32,000 nt of DNA from Vibrio alginolyticus NBRC 15630 = ATCC 17749 (GTDB lineage: Bacteria > Pseudomonadota > Gammaproteobacteria > Enterobacterales > Vibrionaceae), in the NCBI RefSeq assembly GCF_000354175.2, contig NC_022359.1, positions 360,001 to 392,000 of the forward strand. The letters are read 5' to 3'. The notes below the pieces were generated by a model. The model was not told where the DNA came from and ran no database searches. It was given only the letters and a program-made list of their open reading frames with translations. A program made the position numbers and the translations under genes. Shown in pieces: positions 27,409 to 32,000 of this stretch. Positions within the stretch are counted from its first letter, which is position 1; each line of letters begins with the position of its first letter.

Positions 27409-28116
27409 ATGAACAAAAGTTTGCTAACGAATGTCCTCGCTATCGCTTTGATGGCTGGAGGTCATCAATTACAAAACGACTATCTTTGGTATGCAGGGCT
27501 GTTTGCGTTCTCAGGCGCCATCACCAACTGGCTTGCCATCCATATGCTGTTTGAGAAAGTGCCTGGATTATACGGTTCTGGCGTGATCCCCGCGCGATTT
27601 GAAGAGTTTAAACTGGCTATCAAAAACTTAATGATGGAACAGTTTTTTACTGAAGCGAACATTGACCGATTCTTGAATAAAGAAATGGCGGGCGGTGTGA
27701 ACATCGATCTTCAACCAGTAATTGAGAAAGTAGATTTAAATCCAGCATTTGATTCCCTAGTGGAAGTAATTGAAGGCTCTCAGTTTGGTGGCATGCTAGC
27801 GATGTTTGGTGGCTCGGAAGCGCTACAACCCATGCGCCAACCTTTCGTCGAAAAGATGCAAGAATCCATCATTGAGTTGAGCAAGAGCGATAACATCAAA
27901 GAAGCACTGAAAGAGCAATTCGAATCTCCTGCAATGATGGATGAGATAAAGCAGAACATTGAAGGTATCATCGATCAACGTTTAAGCGAATTAACACCGG
28001 CATTAGTTAAAGAAATGGTGCAAAAGATGATCAAAGAACACCTTGGCTGGCTAGTCGTTTGGGGCGGTGTTTTTGGTGGTTTAATTGGCGTCATCAGTAC
28101 CTTTATCGGGGCATAA
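27409..28116 (+). CDS. DUF445 family membrane-associated protein
   Basis: 235 aa with hydrophobic N- and C-terminal segments flanking a charged helical core. Family assignment is recalled. Confidence 0.75.
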   Translation: MNKSLLTNVLAIALMAGGHQLQNDYLWYAGLFAFSGAITNWLAIHMLFEKVPGLYGSGVIPARFEEFKLAIKNLMMEQFFTEANIDRFLNKEMAGGVNIDLQPVIEKVDLNPAFDSLVEVIEGSQFGGMLAMFGGSEALQPMRQPFVEKMQESIIELSKSDNIKEALKEQFESPAMMDEIKQNIEGIIDQRLSELTPALVKEMVQKMIKEHLGWLVVWGGVFGGLIGVISTFIGA

Positions 28117-28133
28117 TCGCTCACCGATTTATT

Positions 28134-28159
28134 AAAAAAGGAGCTTCGGCTCCTTTTTT
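28134..28159. terminator. bidirectional terminator
   Basis: A6, stem GGAGC-TTCG-GCTCC, then T6. Confidence 0.85.
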
Positions 28160-28219
28160 AATCGAGAAAAAGTAATATACCAAGCCACGCTAAATAAGGA
28201 GGCTCAACACATGCCTCGC

Positions 28220-28696
28220 CTAACCAAGGAGCTCGGGATTAACACCAAATCCCGTTTTATGTTCTTCTATGACCACTTCACTACGAGTTTGAATCACGCC
28301 CGGAAGCGTGCCTAACTTACTCGACATAAACTCCTGATACGCTTTCATGCTCTTAACACGAACTTTTATCATGGTATCGAAATCTCCAGAGAGCGAGTAG
28401 CACTCTTCAATTTCAGGCATCAATTCCACCGCTTTCGCAAACTTTTCAAAAATAGAAAAACTGGTTTGGTCTAAACGAATATGGATGAATACTTGCACAT
28501 CCAGCCCCAACTTTTCCGCATTCAACTCCGCATGATAACCATTGATATACCCTTCTTTTTCTAGCCGCTTTACACGATCAGAACATGGAGAAGTCGTTAA
28601 GTTAATCAGCTTTGCTAGTTCTACAACTGGAATTCTGCCTCTCGAATGAAGCACTCTCAAAATATGTAAATCAATCCGGTCCAATTGATAACTCAT
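28220..28696 (-). CDS. Lrp/AsnC family transcriptional regulator
   Basis: ATG at 28696 with AAGGAAG RBS. HTH LDRIDLHILRVLHSRGRIPVVELAKLINLTTSPCSDRVKRLEKEGYI plus a RAM/AsnC_trans_reg domain. Confidence 0.9.
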   Translation of the reverse strand: MSYQLDRIDLHILRVLHSRGRIPVVELAKLINLTTSPCSDRVKRLEKEGYINGYHAELNAEKLGLDVQVFIHIRLDQTSFSIFEKFAKAVELMPEIEECYSLSGDFDTMIKVRVKSMKAYQEFMSSKLGTLPGVIQTRSEVVIEEHKTGFGVNPELLG

Positions 28697-28988
28697 TAAC
28701 CCACTTCCTTGTAACCACTTAGAAAGCATCACATTAATCGTTGCTCAAACAATTGCAAACCATCAAATGCACAGCATGTGAAATTCAGCAGAGAATAACC
28801 AGAAAACAACGAAGGAGGGAAAGAGCTATGATTATTGCCGCTCACTTAGTAACCGTGATATGAAGAGAAAAAGCAACCTAGCGGCTCCCGCGGAGTCGCA
28901 AATTTGAAAGCGCATGATACGCCTGTATAGATCTGTCGTTCGGGCAACGCCCCCCTAATTAGCCATTAATCATGGCTATCACTCAGAA

Positions 28989-29237
28989 TTAGAGTGCGGC
29001 CGATGTATGCCGTGTAGGATGTGGAACAACCTCTCCAATTGCACGATGATTACAACAACGGCAGTAGTATTGAGGCTCCATCTCGTAATAATGTTCACCT
29101 GATACAAATTTCGCCATCAGCTGTGTAAAACTCACCATTTTGCCTGTTAACGAGTCAACAGACTGAGGCTCGCAACGCTTCATAATCACTTTATGTTGCG
29201 TTGATTTTCTACAAGCTGCGCAATATATATCCGGCAT
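28989..29237 (-). CDS. 82-aa Cys-rich hypothetical protein (zinc-ribbon-like)
   Basis: ATG with GGGAGAAG RBS. Cys knuckles CAAC (residues 6-9) and CRCC (69-72). Confidence 0.6.
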   Translation of the reverse strand: MPDIYCAACRKSTQHKVIMKRCEPQSVDSLTGKMVSFTQLMAKFVSGEHYYEMEPQYYCRCCNHRAIGEVVPHPTRHTSAAL

Positions 29238-29416
29238 TTCTCTTCTCCCTACTTTTTCGTCCTACTGACAATTGACATATTTTGTTCAAAATAATTCCAC
29301 AATTAAAAAGCTCCTTTAATTTTTTGTGCCCTATCTTCAAAAAATTGAACGAAAGTATCAAAAAACTGAGACATTGGTCAGACCTCAACTTTTGTACCAT
29401 CAATATGAGCAAACGT

Positions 29417-29454
29417 GCTTATGTGTGTAATAATACGACACATTACACATAAGC
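29417..29454. repeat. 38-nt palindrome with a 10-bp perfect stem
   Basis: GCTTATGTGT...ACACATAAGC, with an alternative register through the TG repeats. No T-run. Lies in the divergent spacer between the 82-aa ORF and a GNAT gene. Confidence 0.65.
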
Positions 29455-29595
29455 AATTGTTCGGGCTTATTATTTAGTAAGGCGCATGACAACTTTACAG
29501 CTGGCTAGATCGAGCTTTCGAGACGCCTTGTTATCTTGATTTACCCCGCAAACCAGTTGCTAGCAGCTATAGCCGTCTCATCAAGGAAGAAATGC

Positions 29596-30129
29596 ATGAC
29601 GATACAACCGATTCTCACTACCGAAAGACTCGTCCTCCGGCCATTCAATATCGATGACTGCCAACAAGTGGCTTTACTCGCTGGAGATAAGCGAATTGCC
29701 GACATGACAGCAAACATCCCTCATCCTTATGAGCGACCGATGGCGCAAGCATGGATAGATAGGCACGATCCGATGTATCAGCAGCATCAAGGCGTGGCGT
29801 ACGCTATTACCTTGCGAAACACTGGGGAGTTACTTGGTACAGTGAGTTTACCGCGTATCGAAGAGGGCTACGGTACATTAGGCTACTGGGTTGGCGTGCC
29901 ACATTGGGGGAAAGGCTATGCATTCGAGGCCTCCAAAGCCTTACTCGAATTTGCTCGAATGCACTTTGAGTTAAACGGAATAACCGTGATGCATTTGGTG
30001 GACAATCAGCGTTCTAAATCGGTGATCCAAAAACTAAATATCCCTTACATCGGTGACAAAACATTGCGCATGCAAGGCAAAGAACGAAAGGTTTGTGTCT
30101 ACCAACTCACGTTTGTCGCTTCTGAATAA
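29596..30129 (+). CDS. GNAT family N-acetyltransferase (RimJ/RimL-like)
   Basis: ATG at 29596 with AAGGAAG RBS. N-terminus TTERLVLRPF and motif GYWVGVPHWGKGYAFEA. Confidence 0.85.
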   Translation: MTIQPILTTERLVLRPFNIDDCQQVALLAGDKRIADMTANIPHPYERPMAQAWIDRHDPMYQQHQGVAYAITLRNTGELLGTVSLPRIEEGYGTLGYWVGVPHWGKGYAFEASKALLEFARMHFELNGITVMHLVDNQRSKSVIQKLNIPYIGDKTLRMQGKERKVCVYQLTFVASE

Positions 30130-30147
30130 AGTCGAGGGATATGTCGG

Positions 30148-30582
30148 ATGATCATCCATGAAACTTCACAAAATCTGCCCAAGAACAACCCTTTCTTGCT
30201 AGGAACTGTATTGTTGTCGCTGTTCTATTTTTCCTACCTAGCAGACAAGATCGTCGAGTTTGGACTCGTAGCACTCACAATAATAGGATTGAAACTGCTC
30301 TCAACGTACTTCACGCGCCGCGCGTTCAATCCTAAAACGCTAGATATCGATGCAAGCACCAACACCTTGAAGTACCGCCAGGGCTCAACGGTTTACTTCC
30401 GTCTACCTCTTGATGACATTGTCAAAGTCCAAATACAGAAAGAGTTCTTCTCTAGCAAAAGTTTGATGCTCTACACAGTCAACGACGCTTACCAAGTGCC
30501 GAATTCAGACAATTTCGATTCTCTACAGTTAAAGGATTTAATGAAACAACTTGAAGAGAGAATTGATGATCAATCTCGCTAA
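30148..30582 (+). CDS. hypothetical membrane protein (two N-terminal TM helices plus soluble domain; possibly bPH/YdbS-like)
   Basis: 144-aa ATG ORF 18 nt after the GNAT stop. GAGGGA RBS. A terminator follows. The domain guess is inference from architecture only. Confidence 0.6.
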   Translation: MIIHETSQNLPKNNPFLLGTVLLSLFYFSYLADKIVEFGLVALTIIGLKLLSTYFTRRAFNPKTLDIDASTNTLKYRQGSTVYFRLPLDDIVKVQIQKEFFSSKSLMLYTVNDAYQVPNSDNFDSLQLKDLMKQLEERIDDQSR

Positions 30583-30638
30583 AACGAAAAGAGAAGACAT
30601 TCTAGAATGTTGCCAATTTGGTCTCTAAATAGAAAGAC

Positions 30639-30666
30639 AAAAAAGCCAGCAATAACGCTGGCTTTT
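30639..30666. terminator. bidirectional terminator
   Basis: A-run, stem GCCAGC/GCTGGC with a 6-nt loop, then TTTT. Confidence 0.8.
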
Positions 30667-30673
30667 CTCTGTA

Positions 30674-30913
30674 TTAGTCTTGTGCGACTTTCACGCGAAT
30701 TTTGCTTTTTTCTACGTTCGTCAAATTCAGTGCTTCAAGAGCAGAAATGGCTTCTGCTTCGTCCGGCATGATGACAAAACCGAAGCCTTTCGACAAACCC
30801 GTGTCTTGATCAAGCACTAGCGAACACAGTTCTACTTTGCCGTACGCTGAGAATAATTTGCGGATATCTTGCTCGGTCATGTGACGAGCCAAGTTTCTTA
30901 CTAAAAGTTTCAT
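30674..30913 (-). CDS. RRM-type RNA-binding protein
   Basis: 79 aa. RNP-2 LLVRNL and RNP-1 KGFGFVIM motifs. Confidence 0.85.
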   Translation of the reverse strand: MKLLVRNLARHMTEQDIRKLFSAYGKVELCSLVLDQDTGLSKGFGFVIMPDEAEAISALEALNLTNVEKSKIRVKVAQD

Positions 30914-31061
30914 AATGAACCTAGTTGGTTTGATAACGGTTCGATTCTCTCAGTTTCTCTCTGGCAAACCAAGTGAATAATATGACGGCGTTGACTAGAT
31001 CATTCTAAGTACATCTGTTTAAATGATTTTCCGTTCATTTTTCACCCATAGGAGAGTCGGC

Positions 31062-31595
31062 ATGGAAACGAAACGTCTCAAACTCATCCCTGCTTGTTTA
31101 GAACGAGCCGAAGAGGCGCATCAAGCTGTCGTTCGCAGCCAAAAGACTCTCGAAGTCTATCTGCCGTGGGTGCCTCATGTGCTGACATTAGAAGCGATGA
31201 TAGAAGGGACAGAGAAAGCCATCGCAAACTTTGAAAACTTCGAAGAAGAGCTGCGTTACTACATCATTGAAAAGGAAAGCGATCGCTTACTGGGTGCGGT
31301 CGGCTTGATGATTCGAGATCCCGACGTACCGTCCTTTGAGATAGGTTATTGGTTAGATAATGCTGCCGTTGGCAATGGTTATGTTGCCGAGGCTGTGCTC
31401 GAAGTTGAGCGCTATGCGTTTGATGACTTGGGCGCCAAGAGAATCGCAATTCATGCTGATAGCACCAACCAAAAGAGCCGGGCTGTAGCCGAGCGCTGTG
31501 GTTATGAGTTCGAAGGAGAGCTCAGAAACGAACGTCTGACTACATCGGGAGAGTTGAGTAACACCGTTATTTACGCCAAAATTCGTCGCGACTAA
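31062..31595 (+). CDS. GNAT family N-acetyltransferase (RimJ/RimL-like)
   Basis: ATG at 31062 with AGGAGAG RBS. Motif GYWLDNAAVGNGYVAEA. Confidence 0.85.
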   Translation: METKRLKLIPACLERAEEAHQAVVRSQKTLEVYLPWVPHVLTLEAMIEGTEKAIANFENFEEELRYYIIEKESDRLLGAVGLMIRDPDVPSFEIGYWLDNAAVGNGYVAEAVLEVERYAFDDLGAKRIAIHADSTNQKSRAVAERCGYEFEGELRNERLTTSGELSNTVIYAKIRRD

Positions 31596-31672
31596 CACTC
31601 CAATCTAACCGAGCAATGCTAAGCTTTGATCTCAAGCTACCACCATTAACGTTAATTAAGTTTCAGATAAAA

Positions 31673-31699
31673 CAAAGCCCGCTAAAATAGCGGGCTTTG
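31673..31699. terminator. bidirectional terminator
   Basis: 10-bp stem CAAAGCCCGC/GCGGGCTTTG with a 7-nt loop, between convergent genes. Confidence 0.75.
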
Positions 31700-31719
31700 T
31701 GTTCATATACGGGAAGTTA

Positions 31720-32000
31720 CTAGTCTAGTTCAACCAGTTTTTTCTCGAACGACTGGTGTTGGTCTAACACGTCTTGCGCAGCACCGCCCGTTGCTTTACT
31801 TACCACAATGATAGCAAGCGTAGAGAAGATGATGCCCGGTACGATTTCGTACACATCAAACCAACCGCCAGTTAGCTGCTTCCAAACCACGATAGTGATA
31901 CCACCAACAAGAATACCTGCTAACGCACCGTTACGGTTCATACCGCTCCAGTAAAGGCTAAGTACAACCGCAGGACCAAATGCCGCACCAAAACCAGCCC
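31720..32000 (-). CDS. putP: sodium/proline symporter PutP, C-terminal fragment (continues beyond the window)
   Basis: The frame stays open to the window edge (AGFGAAFGPAVVLSLYWSGMNRNGALAGILVGG...), matching the last helices of SSS-family PutP. Confidence 0.8.
   Translation of the reverse strand, partial: AGFGAAFGPAVVLSLYWSGMNRNGALAGILVGGITIVVWKQLTGGWFDVYEIVPGIIFSTLAIIVVSKATGGAAQDVLDQHQSFEKKLVELD

Noticed and set aside
29209-29412. Tracked 67-aa minus-strand ORF in the AT-rich spacer.
   Set aside because: It overlaps the start of the 82-aa ORF, has AT-rich low-complexity composition and no RBS. It is likely spurious.
29596-30129. GNAT gene as a possible GNAT/RHH toxin-antitoxin toxin (TacT/AtaT-like).
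   Set aside because: The sequence has the RimJ/RimL-type N-terminus (TTERLVLRPF). No small RHH/DUF1778 antitoxin gene precedes it. The downstream partner is a membrane protein.
30938-30947. GGTTCGATTC, resembling a tRNA T-arm.
   Set aside because: Flanking bases cannot form the T-stem (AACGG against CTCTC), and no acceptor or anticodon arms are present.

Overview
Gene content and protein sequences look like a Vibrio-type gammaproteobacterium (inference from recognisable families, no search run). The window is densely coding, with about 36 credible CDSs, and most convergent gene pairs are separated by clear hairpin plus T-run terminators. Left to right: a long U32 Fe-S 'peptidase'-like gene with a DUF3297 gene; an overlapping ABC ATPase / FtsX permease / AttH-type lipocalin lipoprotein operon; GNAT and AraC regulators; a peroxide and electrophile stress block (Rob-like AraC/GyrI, ohr, ohrR, ahpC, ahpF, VOC, LysR with a signal-peptide DJ-1/PfpI, an orphan ECF sigma factor, an MDR quinone-oxidoreductase-like gene, AraC with MOSC); a DEAD-box helicase; a pentein (CtlX-like) enzyme divergent from an ABC exporter; DUF445; Lrp/AsnC; two small Cys-rich zinc-ribbon-like ORFs; two RimJ/L-type GNATs; a bacterial RRM protein; and the 3' end of putP. 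I saw no rRNA, tRNA, CRISPR array, transposase, integrase or phage genes. I cannot point to a convincing new multi-gene system such as a defence island. The best unexplained signals are: (1) a roughly 320-bp tandem duplication in a gene-free gap after ahpF, with a near-invariant 105-nt core made of overlapping inverted repeats; (2) an untracked 38-codon Cys-rich mini-gene with its own RBS and terminator, near a similar 82-aa ORF; (3) the uncharacterised ABC/FtsX/lipocalin-lipoprotein operon; (4) a U32 protein with two four-Cys clusters; (5) an ECF sigma factor with no anti-sigma gene, preceded by a 15-bp perfect inverted repeat. All product calls rest on motifs read from the translations, and no database search was possible.
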